DNA of 64,000 bases. It comes from Bryobacterales bacterium (lineage in GTDB: Bacteria; Acidobacteriota; Terriglobia; Bryobacterales; UBA6623). The position numbers and the translations under genes were made by a program. This document shows, one piece after another, positions 48,888 to 59,501 of this stretch. The stretch covers positions 1,299,573-1,363,572 of the forward strand of contig CBDFIU010000003.1 in the NCBI GenBank assembly GCA_965248235.1. The letters are read 5' to 3'. Below the pieces are notes generated by a model that was not told where the DNA came from, ran no database searches, and saw only the letters and a program-made list of their open reading frames with translations. Position 1 is the stretch's first letter, and each line of letters begins with the position of its first letter.

Positions 48888-49499
48888 AGGGATCCGTGAG
48901 TCCTTGGCTTCCGTAAGCGTGGGTTCACATTATCAGCGATCGGGGAAGTGCGCCGCACGGTCCGGCATGGGCCGCGGATGGGGACGATCGCGGCGCCTCG
49001 GCTGTGTTCTCGAACAGAGGTCTTGCGCACTCGGTTCGCCGGATGGCGATCAATGCGGATTTGGCGCCTTTTTGTTGGAAAAGAAAGCGGCTTTTCGCGC
49101 CGAGTCGAAGAAATATCCGCTTTCAAAGCTGCTTTTCGGGGCTTGCGCACGCGGCCTTACACGGGCGGCGTCTCCCCATCGGTCGCGGCGCGACCCTATC
49201 CCTCGACTCGCGTTGGGGGAAACACCTGCGTTGAGGTACTAATCTCTCCAAGGGGGCGCGGCTGTCGATAGTTCTTCGGTTTGCCTCGCCACGCGATGAG
49301 AAAGCGGGGTAGGGGTTAGGGGGGGTTAGGGTGGAAACGGGGCGAAGAGGGCGAACCGATGGAATGAATCGGCTTGTATGCCCGAGTTCGCGAGACATCG
49401 CAAGGCGGCAATCCAGACCCGCCCCGATGACTCGGGGCGCGGCAAGCGTGGACGCTCACGCCACGTAAAGCACCGCGGCGTGAGCGGGGTGGTTCCGAG

Positions 49500-51602
49500 T
49501 CAGAACTGTAGGTTCTCCATGGCTTCGTTGAGCTGCTTGCGCAGCTCGTCGGTTTCGACGCGCAGCGCGGCGCGGCGGTCGCGGAGCGTGACGAGTTCGC
49601 CTTCTTGGCGCGAAAGCTTATCGGCGTATTCCATGACGCGCTGTTGCTGCCCGGCTACCGAGCGCAGCGTCGAAATGTTGCTGCGTAGGCGGCTCTGGTC
49701 TTGCACCATCTCGTTCAATTGCTGATCAAGCCGCTGGAGTCTCTTGTCGTTGTCGGCGATCTGACGCTTGAGATCGCCGATTTGCCCGAGCTTTTCGCGG
49801 TTGGCCTCGTCCAGAGTCTTGTTTGAAACGTAGGAAAAGATTTGGTCGGGCGTGAGGTTGGTGACGGCGATTTGCTCGGAATAGATCCGCTCTTCGGTAA
49901 TGGGAAACTTCTTCGTTTCGCCGGCTTCGACGGCAACCTCGAAGCGATAGGAGTTGGCGGTCTTCTCGGCCGGCTTCATATCGACGAGCTTGTATTGCCT
50001 TCGGGCGGGGTGTTCAATGATGACGGTTTTGGCTTCCGCGTCGACGTTGTGAATGGTGAAAGTCTTGGTTTCGAGTCGCGCGCGTCGCAGCGTGAGGATG
50101 CCGCGACGGAGGTGAAACTCGCTGAGCAATTTATTCGAGCTGTCGAAGGCGGGTGTGATGCGGGTGCCTAGATCGACCGCGTAGCTGATGAGCCGTTTGT
50201 CGCCCGTCTTGACGGTCTCCATCAAGGCCTCGCCGGCGTAGGAGCCCGCGTCGTAGACGGTGATCGCGCCGCCGTCCAATGTGCTGCCGGTCTCGTTGGT
50301 CATCTCGACGGCGTTGAGGGGATGTTGCGAGGCGTTGCCTTGGTCGTAGATCAGCAGGCGGCGGGCCTTGATTTCCTCCCGCAAGAAAGGCAGCATGGCC
50401 GACTCGCCTTTGCGGATCGTCACCGGTTTATCGATTCTGTATTCGAAGAGCTCGCCCAGCTCGGCGCCCACGGCGGCGGCGACGACGGTTGAGCTCATCG
50501 AGGAGCGTCCGGGGGCGCGCATGGCTTCTTGGCCCACCATCGAGTGGGGCTCGGCCGAGGCCACCTGTTGGCGAAAAGCCCGGCCACCCATGTCGAGCGC
50601 CGCCATTTCCGACACCTCTCGCTTGTTGCCCGCGAATTTTCGCTTTGCTTGGTCGCGCCGGGCTTGCGCGACTTCATTCTCTTTGTTGTCGCGTAGTTCA
50701 TCGACGGCGCCTCCATGAACGACCGGCCGCCAGGCGCGGTCTTGGGCGAGTTCGACGACCGGGCGGCTGACGTAACGCGGTTCATAGAGGCGGCTGATGA
50801 AAGACACCGGCAAGCCCGAGACCAACGACATATCGACGTTCGCCCAGTCTTCACCAGACGTGTTGTCAACGATGGCCCAGCCCTCGATCAGGGGCGTTCC
50901 GTCCGGGCCGAAGACCAAGCGGTAGCTGCTTTTCCAGATCGGGGTTGGAACGACATAATTGACGGCCACCTCGCTCGCGCCGCCTCCCGATTCGATCGTC
51001 ACACTGCGTTTATCGAGACTACGGGAACGGGCGAGCACTTGCAGGTAGTCCTGAAACTGTTCCTGCATCTTGGGGTCGACGAACCTGAGGCCGGCGGCGG
51101 CGGCGGGGTCCACGGTTTGGAACTCGCCGTTTTCCATCAACAGGATCACTTCGAGGCGTTCGGCTTGGCGATCAGTGGCGGGGGTTCGGCGGGCGCTGAT
51201 GATCGTGCCGTTGACGCGGCCGCGCGAGAGCCGCAGCTCAATTTGGGTCCCCTTGAACTGATCAAGGATGTCGGCCAAAGTCACTTTAGGGCCAATGCGG
51301 AAAGGGAACAACTCCAGGCGTTTGGCAAGCGGGTCGCTGGAGTCATAGCGCACCGCGGAGACGCCGGTACCGCCGCGTTGCTCCACGGTAAGCGACTTGA
51401 GGACGTCATCCATCTCGGTGGCTTTGAATTGGAGTTGCGCGTTGTCGCCGGCGGGCACGGTGCCGTTGCGTTGAAAAAAGCCGATGCCGTGTTTGTAGAG
51501 CACGACTTTGCTGACTGTTAGGTCGGCGGCGGCCAGGGGCCCCGCGAGAAGTAATGTGATGACCGAGACGAAAACGAAAGCTGCCAGGCCGCGGATCCGC
51601 AT
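49500..51602 (-). CDS. secreted DUF4139-type protein
   Basis: Signal peptide, VVLYKHGIGFF, MDDVLKSL, WKSSYRL, GWAIVDNTSGEDW and a C-terminal coiled coil. Confidence 0.8.
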   Translation of the reverse strand: MRIRGLAAFVFVSVITLLLAGPLAAADLTVSKVVLYKHGIGFFQRNGTVPAGDNAQLQFKATEMDDVLKSLTVEQRGGTGVSAVRYDSSDPLAKRLELFPFRIGPKVTLADILDQFKGTQIELRLSRGRVNGTIISARRTPATDRQAERLEVILLMENGEFQTVDPAAAAGLRFVDPKMQEQFQDYLQVLARSRSLDKRSVTIESGGGASEVAVNYVVPTPIWKSSYRLVFGPDGTPLIEGWAIVDNTSGEDWANVDMSLVSGLPVSFISRLYEPRYVSRPVVELAQDRAWRPVVHGGAVDELRDNKENEVAQARRDQAKRKFAGNKREVSEMAALDMGGRAFRQQVASAEPHSMVGQEAMRAPGRSSMSSTVVAAAVGAELGELFEYRIDKPVTIRKGESAMLPFLREEIKARRLLIYDQGNASQHPLNAVEMTNETGSTLDGGAITVYDAGSYAGEALMETVKTGDKRLISYAVDLGTRITPAFDSSNKLLSEFHLRRGILTLRRARLETKTFTIHNVDAEAKTVIIEHPARRQYKLVDMKPAEKTANSYRFEVAVEAGETKKFPITEERIYSEQIAVTNLTPDQIFSYVSNKTLDEANREKLGQIGDLKRQIADNDKRLQRLDQQLNEMVQDQSRLRSNISTLRSVAGQQQRVMEYADKLSRQEGELVTLRDRRAALRVETDELRKQLNEAMENLQF

Positions 51603-51784
51603 AGATGTCCTCCCTGTAAATAGATACGTCCGAGCCGAGGCGAACGTGCAGGAGGATTTACCTTACTACCCTTCGACCGCCGAGGCCTTGAACAGGGGCA
51701 TGTCACCGTGACGGGCGCCGCGTCATGCCCGGAAACGGGAGCCCCTTCTCGATGGAGCGCCGGCCTGCGCTACAGTCTAAGGAC

Positions 51785-53920
51785 ATGGTGTTTCGCTTGA
51801 TTTTGCTGCTGACGGCGGCGGTGGTGCTCTTCGCGCAGTCGGCCGAAAAGCGACCTTTTGATGTCTGGGCGCTGCAACGTTTAGTGCGGTTGTCGGATGC
51901 GCAGCTCTCCCCCGACGGCTCGACCGCGGCCTTCGTCGGCGCGCGCGTTTCGTTGGGGGCCAACGAGATCGAAAAGCATATCTATACAATTCCGCTGACG
52001 GGAGGCGACGCGGCCCGCATTACGTTCCATGGCAAATCGAATACACGGCCGCGTTGGTCGCCGGATTCGCGAACGATAGCTTTCGTCTCCGACCGCGGCG
52101 GGACTTCTCAAATTTGGCTGATGGACCCTGACGGTGAGAACGCCCGCCAAATCACCGATGTCGCGGGTGAAGCCGACGGTGTGTTGTTTTCACCCGACGG
52201 CCGACAGGTGATCTTCGCCAGTCGTGTCTATCCCGACTGCGGAGCGGACAATGCCTGCAATCAAGAGCGTTTGCAACAGCGGGACGACGACCCGGTCAAG
52301 GCCAAGGTCTACGACGGTCTGCTCTATCGGCATTGGGATGAGTGGGCCGACGGACGGCGGCGACGTCTTTTCGTTCTCAATATTGACGGGCGCCAAGACG
52401 CCGAAACCGGTCCGGAAGCGAACGAACCGCGTGCCTTAACGCCGGCGAAATTCGACGTCCCGCCGTTTTCTCTGGGTGGGCCCGACGGTTACGACGTGTC
52501 GCCCGACGGCTTCGAGATGTGTTTCACGATGAACGCGCAGGACTCGCCGTCGACCAGCACCAACAGTGACTTATATGTTGTCCCGATCGAGGGCGGGGAA
52601 GCGGTTGCCATCACGTCGAACCTTGCCGCCGATACTTCGCCGGTCTATTCGCCGGATGGTAATTACATCGCCTATCGGGCGCAGCAGCGGGCCGGATTCG
52701 AGAGCGACCGTATTCGGCTGATGGTTTTCAACCGCGGCACGGGCGAGGTGACGAGCCTAACCGAGACGCTCGACCGGCCAGTGACCGGCATCACCTGGTC
52801 TCCCGACTCCGCGAGGCTTTTCTTCACGGCGGAAGATCGCGGGCGCGAGCCGGTCTACACCGTTCCAGTCGAGGGCGGCGGCATTCGGGTGGCGGTTTTC
52901 GGCGATGCTCATCACTCGGATGTTCAACTGCTCCCCGACGGGCAGTCGATCGTGTACGCGGGCCACAGCGGCTCACATCCGGTCGAGATTTTTCGGGGTT
53001 ATTCATCGGGGGGGCCGCCCGAGCAATTGACCCGTCTCAACCAAGCCGTCCTCGATGAGTACGAAACGACCGAGCTTGAGGAAGTGACCTACGAGAGCGC
53101 GGATGGTGTCTCGATTTCCGGGTTCGAAGTCAAGCCGCCGGGTTTCAATTTTGAAAAAGAATATCCGCTGTTGGTGTTGATCCGCGGCGGGCCGCAAGGC
53201 GCTTGGGGCGAGAGTTGGAGCTATCGCTGGAACGCGCAAGTGTTGGCCGGGGCCGGGTATGTCGTCTTCATGCCGAACCCGCGCGGCTCGACCGGTTACG
53301 GGCAGGCCTTCACCGACGCGATTACCGGCGAGTGGGGCGGCATGGTGTACGAAGATATTCTCTCGGGTGTCGATTACCTGCTGCGGCGGCCCTATATTGA
53401 CTCCAATAAGGTTGTCGCCGCGGGTGGGTCCTACGGCGGCTACATGGTCAACTGGATCCTCGGCCACACCGACCGCTTCCAAGCCGTCGTTTCGCACGCG
53501 GGTATTTACGACCTGACGAGTTTCTTCGGCGCGACCGAAGAGCTGTGGTTTCCGTTATGGGAGTTCCGCGGGCCGCCGTGGGAAAATCAAGAAATGTACG
53601 GGAAGTGGTCGCCGGCGACATTCGTCAAGCATTTCAATACGCCGACGTTGGTGATTCACGGGCAACAGGATTTTCGTGTCCCCGCGGATCAGGGGATGCA
53701 GCTCTTCACGGCGTTGCAGTTGAAAGAGGTGCCGTCACGGTTTATTTACTATCCCGACGAAGGTCACTGGATCTTGAAGCCGCGCAACAGTGTGCATTGG
53801 TATCAGAACGTGATCGATTGGTTGGGGCAATGGGTCGAGCGGCCCCATCGCCGGCGTCGGCGGAAAGAGTTTCGCCCGACCTTCTCCCCAGAGGCGGAGG
53901 CGGGGACCGCGCAGCCCTGA
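51785..53920 (+). CDS. S9 family peptidase (acylaminoacyl/dipeptidyl peptidase)
   Basis: WD40-like propeller (WSPDS, FSPDG) and catalytic GGSYGG, DFRV and EGH. Confidence 0.93.
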   Translation: MVFRLILLLTAAVVLFAQSAEKRPFDVWALQRLVRLSDAQLSPDGSTAAFVGARVSLGANEIEKHIYTIPLTGGDAARITFHGKSNTRPRWSPDSRTIAFVSDRGGTSQIWLMDPDGENARQITDVAGEADGVLFSPDGRQVIFASRVYPDCGADNACNQERLQQRDDDPVKAKVYDGLLYRHWDEWADGRRRRLFVLNIDGRQDAETGPEANEPRALTPAKFDVPPFSLGGPDGYDVSPDGFEMCFTMNAQDSPSTSTNSDLYVVPIEGGEAVAITSNLAADTSPVYSPDGNYIAYRAQQRAGFESDRIRLMVFNRGTGEVTSLTETLDRPVTGITWSPDSARLFFTAEDRGREPVYTVPVEGGGIRVAVFGDAHHSDVQLLPDGQSIVYAGHSGSHPVEIFRGYSSGGPPEQLTRLNQAVLDEYETTELEEVTYESADGVSISGFEVKPPGFNFEKEYPLLVLIRGGPQGAWGESWSYRWNAQVLAGAGYVVFMPNPRGSTGYGQAFTDAITGEWGGMVYEDILSGVDYLLRRPYIDSNKVVAAGGSYGGYMVNWILGHTDRFQAVVSHAGIYDLTSFFGATEELWFPLWEFRGPPWENQEMYGKWSPATFVKHFNTPTLVIHGQQDFRVPADQGMQLFTALQLKEVPSRFIYYPDEGHWILKPRNSVHWYQNVIDWLGQWVERPHRRRRRKEFRPTFSPEAEAGTAQP

Positions 53921-54038
53921 GGGGTGGGTTCTTTCCGCTTCGTGTTTCGACGTTACCGAGGCCCACCCCGGGGAATCACGCCTCGATTTGCGAATAAGCG
54001 GGGCCGGACGAGGGGGATCTTCTGGAGGAGACGACACA

Positions 54039-54368
54039 ATGATTGTGCGCAATACGGCGTCTCGGGCGGTTTTCCACCCCGAAAAGATGGGGAAGGCCGA
54101 CTTGGCTTCGACCGAGCATCTTTTCGCCGGGCTGAATGCGTTCGAGCCCGGACAGCAGCACAAGCTGCATACTCATGCCGGACAAGACAAGCTCTATTTC
54201 GTCGTCGAAGGGGAAGGTGATGTAACGGTCGGCGAAGAGACGGCTCGCGTTCGCGAAGGAGACTTGGTCGCGGCCCGGGCCGGCGAAGAGCACGCACTGT
54301 CGAATCCGGGTCCCGAACGGCTGATCGTGATGGTCGTGATGGCTCCGCCGCCGGGCGGGAGAGGGTAG
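54039..54368 (+). CDS. cupin domain protein
   Basis: HKLHTHAGQDKLYFVVEGEG and GEEHALSN. GGAGG RBS. Confidence 0.85.
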   Translation: MIVRNTASRAVFHPEKMGKADLASTEHLFAGLNAFEPGQQHKLHTHAGQDKLYFVVEGEGDVTVGEETARVREGDLVAARAGEEHALSNPGPERLIVMVVMAPPPGGRG

Positions 54369-54544
54369 GCGATTGCGAGACCGCGGCGCGTCTTAACGGA
54401 ACGGGATGGGAGAAGGTTTGAGTACTGGAACTTGGCTGTGGTAATCTATTTTTGCGCCCACGATGGTTCCTGGACGTCGTGATCTGAAACGCGGCGGCGG
54501 AAAACGTTGCAATGGCAGCTTCCGCGCTACGACTTAACAATGCC

Positions 54545-54703
54545 ATGAGTAGCTTTTGGTACATTTTTGTGCCGGCCGTCCTTTTAGGTGTCATTTTTTA
54601 CGGCTACAACAGCGGCGGGTTTGTGGCGGACAGGATCAAAGGCATCATCGATCCGCTGATGAAATTGGGCGGCGCAATCTTGAATTTCATCTTTGGAATC
54701 TAG
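54545..54703 (+). CDS. possible small membrane protein
   Basis: MSSFWYIFVPAVLLGVIFYGY... has one TM-like segment but no clear RBS. Confidence 0.3.
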   Translation: MSSFWYIFVPAVLLGVIFYGYNSGGFVADRIKGIIDPLMKLGGAILNFIFGI

Positions 54704-55006
54704 AGCGCCGGCCCGGCTAAGCCGAGCTAGGCCCGCGCAGAAGTCTCGCGGGACTTTTGTAACGGCCGGTCATCTGAACAAGAACCCTTCTTGGGAGTTG
54801 GTACGGGCCGACTATTCCCTTCGCCGTGCCTGTTTGCGATGATGGATGTGGTTTAACGGGAGAGCGGTACCCCTCGTCCGAACCTGTCCCCTCGGTGGCA
54901 AGCGTCGTTTCCCAGAGGAGAGGACGAAGACTGGTGCCAACGTTGCGCGGGGAACAGTCTCGCCGGGCCGTGAAACGGCACTCCGAAGAAGCGAGCAAGG
55001 ATGGCC

Positions 55007-57191
55007 ATGGCGCGATCTCGCCCTGGATTTGTCGCTCTACTGCTATGGACCGTTTTCGTGCCGACCGCCTCGCGGGCACAGGACTTCGACCCCGCCCCGG
55101 CTTGGCCTCTTTGCGGGCGAATTGCCGCGACACCGCCGGCGGGTTGGGTTGAGGCCGACGGCTGCCCCGGCGATCGATGGGGGAATAGCAACTTCACCGG
55201 TTCACCGATCGCCTCGCCCTTCGGCCCACGTCCGCCGGCGTCGGAGGACGACCGTTACGATTTCCACCGCGGCCTCGACATCGCCACGCCCGAAGGCACG
55301 CCGGTCTTTGCCATTGCCGACGGCATCGTAAAGATCGCGGGGGATCACGCAAGCTATTTCGACCCGCTGGTCCAATTGCGCCACTATCGGCCCGGTGAAA
55401 CTTCCCGCGGCACGGTGGTTGCTACAACAGCAACTACATGCACTTAAGCCAAGCCCTGGTCGTGGTGGATGCGACGGTCAGCAAAGGCGACCTGATCGGC
55501 TACTCGGGAAAAAGCGCGAGCAACTTCCAGCACCTGCATTTCGAAATCCGAAACGCCCCGGGATTTGACCCGTCGAGCCGTTGGCAGCGAGATTGTATTC
55601 ATCCGGTCGGCGTGCTTCCGTATAGCAGCACGGCGGTTCCGACCATCACGTTTGACTCGGTCGGCGCGCCGAGTTCCACCAACCCGATCGTCCAACTGAC
55701 CGTGAACACGTCGCGCATCGACATCGAACGCATCGAGCTGACTCTCTTTGACGCGGCAGGCGATCCGATCACGCAGCCCGGCAATACCGCGGACGCGAAA
55801 GGGTGCAACGTTTCGCCGTCGTGGTTCGGCATGAATGATTGGAACTTTCAGTACAGCCACAAGAACAGCACGAACTTCCCTTGGGAAAGCTTCGGGGCCG
55901 GCGGCGCGAACGAATGCCCCTATCACGCCGACCATCCGACAAATTACTCCGCGCACGTCCACTTGGATCGTCAATTGCCGCTCTATCCTCTGGTCGGGGA
56001 ATTCAACGGTGTGGAGATTCGGCCGACAAAGTACACCGAAAACAACTACAACCTGAACCTCACTTTCAAGGAATTGGTCGGGCCCGCGACGTGTATTGAA
56101 GCGAAGGTCCACCAAGCGTCCGGCGGGACCACGACCGCCACTTGGGGCGACTGTTCCGGGTCGGGCGATCCGCCCGCGTACACTGATTTCTTGATCAGCG
56201 GCGAGACGCGTTTCGCGGGGACGCAGCAGGGGACCTATGCCGACACGGCCGCGCAAAACGAAGGAAATGTCGAGGTCATCACGGAGAGAGAGAGCGGCGG
56301 CAAACCGAAGAACCGCTACAGCTTCGCCGACCACGAATGGACCGCCGACATCGGCGCCGGCGGCGGCATCGTCACGGTGTGGATCGACGCTTGGACGACG
56401 CCTTCGGCCGACGGCGACCTATTTGAGTTGACAGCCGGCGGGTCGAGCGATGTTCTTGTTCTCGACAAGACCGCGGATAACGATACCTACCAAACTCTCG
56501 CGCTGCCCTCGGGCGCCGCCGGAATTTTGAGCCTTCGCTTGCGCGACACCGACCAAAGCACGGGCGCGCGGTCGTTGGACTCCGTGACGATCGACCATCT
56601 CTTTGTTCGGGTCGAAAGTCCCACGAACCTCGATCCGCCCGCCGCCCCAACGGGTGTGAGCGCGCGGCTTTGTCCGCGAGCAGTGCCGAAGTGACTTGGA
56701 ATCACACGGGTGACACCGAATCCGGTTTCCAGGTCGAACGGCAAACACAGAACGTCGACTTGAGTTGGGGCGCATGGACCGCCGCCGGCATGGCGGTCGC
56801 CGACGCGGTGTCGTTCACCGACAGCGGGTTGCTTTCCCAAGCGACGTATCGTTACCGCGTCTCCGCGACCAACGCGGCGGGCGATTCCGTCTGGGCGGAA
56901 TCGGGTGAAATTACGACTCCGCTCGGATTGACGGCCGATGCCGCCGGCTACAAGCAAAAGGGTTGGCAGTATGTCGATGTGAGCTGGTCGGGCGCTCCCG
57001 CTGGCTTTGTCGACGTTTTCCGGGATGACGGCAGCGGCGCCCTTCGCGTGGGCTCACCCGCCGCCGGCGCGAGCCCTGGCGGTGTTTTCACCGACGGGCC
57101 AATTGCCAAAGGCCGGGCGCAATACGTTTACCAAGTCTGCGTCGCCGGCGACGCCGGAAACTGCTCTTCGACGATCACGGTCACTTTCTAG
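55007..57191 (+). pseudogene. secreted M23 peptidase plus unknown domain plus fibronectin type III; two frameshifts (about 55415 and 56665)
   Basis: M23 Zn motifs FHRGLDI and QHLHFEIR, and FN3 VTW...ESGFQVER...TYRYRVSATNAAG, in three successive frames. Confidence 0.78.
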
Positions 57192-57462
57192 CCCCAGCGC
57201 GAGGCTTGTCTCAAGGCCTGTCCGTTGCGCGGCGGCCTCGGGTGTGTCGCCGGGAAACCGGCCCTCAATGGACCGGCCTATTCGCGAACCCAGGCCCGGT
57301 AAACCGGGGTCAACCAGCGGTGACCCGGGCTGAGCGCGGACTTCTGTCCGTGCTTCTGCTTTTATTGCTCGCATGGCGGGAGGGGCTTCCGCATTTGTGT
57401 TGCACACGCTTTGGGCGAGGGTGCGGCGTTCTCCGCTAGAATAGTCGGGTAAGGTTAAATCC

Positions 57463-57597
57463 ATGGCTGCAAAAGACAAGCTCTACCAATCCGAGTCGGC
57501 CGGCAGCGGGACGTTTCGGATTTCCAAACCGAAGCGCAAACCCACCAAGCTGCGCCAGTCTCGCGTCAAGAAGCCCCAGCGCGGCGCCCGCAAGTAG
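57463..57597 (+). CDS. candidate 44-aa basic protein
   Basis: MAAKDKLYQSESAGSGTFRISKPKRKPTKLRQSRVKKPQRGARK*. TAGAAT -10-like box at 57437 and AAGG upstream of the ATG. Confidence 0.5.
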   Translation: MAAKDKLYQSESAGSGTFRISKPKRKPTKLRQSRVKKPQRGARK

Positions 57598-57709
57598 AAA
57601 TCCCTCCAATCCGTCGGTCCCCGGGGGCATGCCGCGGTTTCGGCATTCCGTTGTGCCGGCCGGAAGCGAAAACGGTGGAACAGCCCGTTGCCATGAATTC
57701 GTGAACGGT

Positions 57710-59425
57710 TTAGTCGCTTCCGGGCGACTCGTCGACCTGGGTCACGTCAACGTACTTCACCCCGACTGTCTTCCCGCCTTGAATGAGGCGCGCATCGAGC
57801 TTGGTCGGACCCGGCTCCAACTCCACGCCCGAAAAGCTGACGGATTCGGCGTGGCGGGTGAAGGGTCGAGTCAGCTTGACTTTGCCGAGTCGAAATTCCG
57901 CCCGCCCGGCTCGCTCTTGCTTGGTGAAGCGGAAGCGGATGTCGTAGGCGCCACCGGTCTCGACGTCTACCGCCCAATAGCCTAAGTGCGAGTCCGACCA
58001 GCCGTCGGCGCCGATAACGCGCCAATCTTGCCGCGTCAGAATCACGGGGTTTTCCTCACCACTGCCGAGAGGGATGCGCGGCGGATCGTAACCTCGGGTG
58101 GCCGAGACGTCGTCGAACCAAGCTTCATACGCGCCCCGCAGCCGCGCCGCGACATCGGGCTTCTCGTCGGCCAGGTTATTCCGTTCGCCCGGATCGGCTT
58201 CGAGATCGTACAGCTCGAGCGGAGCATCCTCGGGCATCGACTGAGAAAAGCTCAATGGCTGGACCAGCTTGTATTGCTGTCCAATGGCGGCAAAAGCGCG
58301 GTAGAGCGTCGGCTCGTCGCCGCGGTGAGATTGGATGAAGATGGTGCGGTCCGCCGCCGGCGACGCGGCCCCGCTTAACTGAGGCAGCAGGCTGCGGCCG
58401 TCGATCGCGAGCCCCTCGGGAAGATCAAGCTGTGCGGCCTCAAGCAGGGTCGGCAGCACGTCGATGTGCGCCGCGACGGTATCGACCTTGGCCGGCTGTA
58501 GCCGCGCGGGCCAACGGAAAAAGAACGGGACGCGAATACCGCCCTCATAGACGCTCGTTTTTTGGTCGCGTAGACCGGCCGTGAAGTGTTGCGTCGTGGG
58601 ACCGTTGTCGGTCATGAAGATCAGAATCGTGTCTTGGGCAAGCCGCAGCTCATCAAGCGTGGCCATCAAGCGCCCGACATTCTCATCGATGTTCGTGATC
58701 ATGCCGTAGATGCGGGCGTCCTTATCGTTGAGCCCTTTGGCCTTGTAGGGCTCGATGTAGGAATCGGGCACGTCGTAGGGCGAGTGTGGTGCGTTGGTGG
58801 GCAGGTAGACGAAGAAAGGCCGATCGCGGTTGAGTTCAATGAACCGTTGCGCGGCATCGAAAAAGATGTCGGTGCAATAGCCCTGGAATTGCTCTTCACG
58901 ATTATTTTGCCGCAGAATCGGGTTGAAATAGCTCGTCCCCGGCGGGTCGGAGGGTTGGCCGATGCCGCCGCCTTTGTGGACCAGGACTTCGTGGAACCCC
59001 TGGTCGCCGGCACGCATTGGATAGTTGTCCCCCAGGTGCCATTTGCCGAAGATCCCATTGCGATAGCCCGCCGTGGAGAGCCGTTCCGCCACGGTCGTTT
59101 CATCGCCGTGCATCATGGCGCGTCCGATGTAGGTATCCACGACCCCGGTGCGGTAGTTGTAGCGGCCCGTCATCAAACTGGCGCGCGTGGGAGCACAGAC
59201 GGGCGAGACGTAAAACCGCGTCATCTCGACGCTTTCGGCCGCGAGGCGGTCTAGATTAGGAGTTTCGAGCAGTTCGTTGCCGTGCGAGCCTACTTGCGCC
59301 CAGCCCTGATCGTCGGTCATGACGAGGATGATGTTAGGCCGCCGGTAGGGTTCCTCGGCGGGCTCGGAGGAGCAGCCGGCGAATCCGAGAACAGCGACGG
59401 CCAGACCGACCGCGCCTTTGTACAT
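57710..59425 (-). CDS. arylsulfatase (Cys-type), probable lipoprotein
   Basis: PNIILVMTDDQG, CAPTRASLMTG, FGKWHLG and lipobox FAGC. Confidence 0.94.
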   Translation of the reverse strand: MYKGAVGLAVAVLGFAGCSSEPAEEPYRRPNIILVMTDDQGWAQVGSHGNELLETPNLDRLAAESVEMTRFYVSPVCAPTRASLMTGRYNYRTGVVDTYIGRAMMHGDETTVAERLSTAGYRNGIFGKWHLGDNYPMRAGDQGFHEVLVHKGGGIGQPSDPPGTSYFNPILRQNNREEQFQGYCTDIFFDAAQRFIELNRDRPFFVYLPTNAPHSPYDVPDSYIEPYKAKGLNDKDARIYGMITNIDENVGRLMATLDELRLAQDTILIFMTDNGPTTQHFTAGLRDQKTSVYEGGIRVPFFFRWPARLQPAKVDTVAAHIDVLPTLLEAAQLDLPEGLAIDGRSLLPQLSGAASPAADRTIFIQSHRGDEPTLYRAFAAIGQQYKLVQPLSFSQSMPEDAPLELYDLEADPGERNNLADEKPDVAARLRGAYEAWFDDVSATRGYDPPRIPLGSGEENPVILTRQDWRVIGADGWSDSHLGYWAVDVETGGAYDIRFRFTKQERAGRAEFRLGKVKLTRPFTRHAESVSFSGVELEPGPTKLDARLIQGGKTVGVKYVDVTQVDESPGSD

Positions 59426-59501
59426 AGAAGACTTCATCCTAAGCTTGATACAACTCATTTTCGTGTTTTCAAACCGGCCCTTCCTCGACCGTCGCCGCTG
59501 C

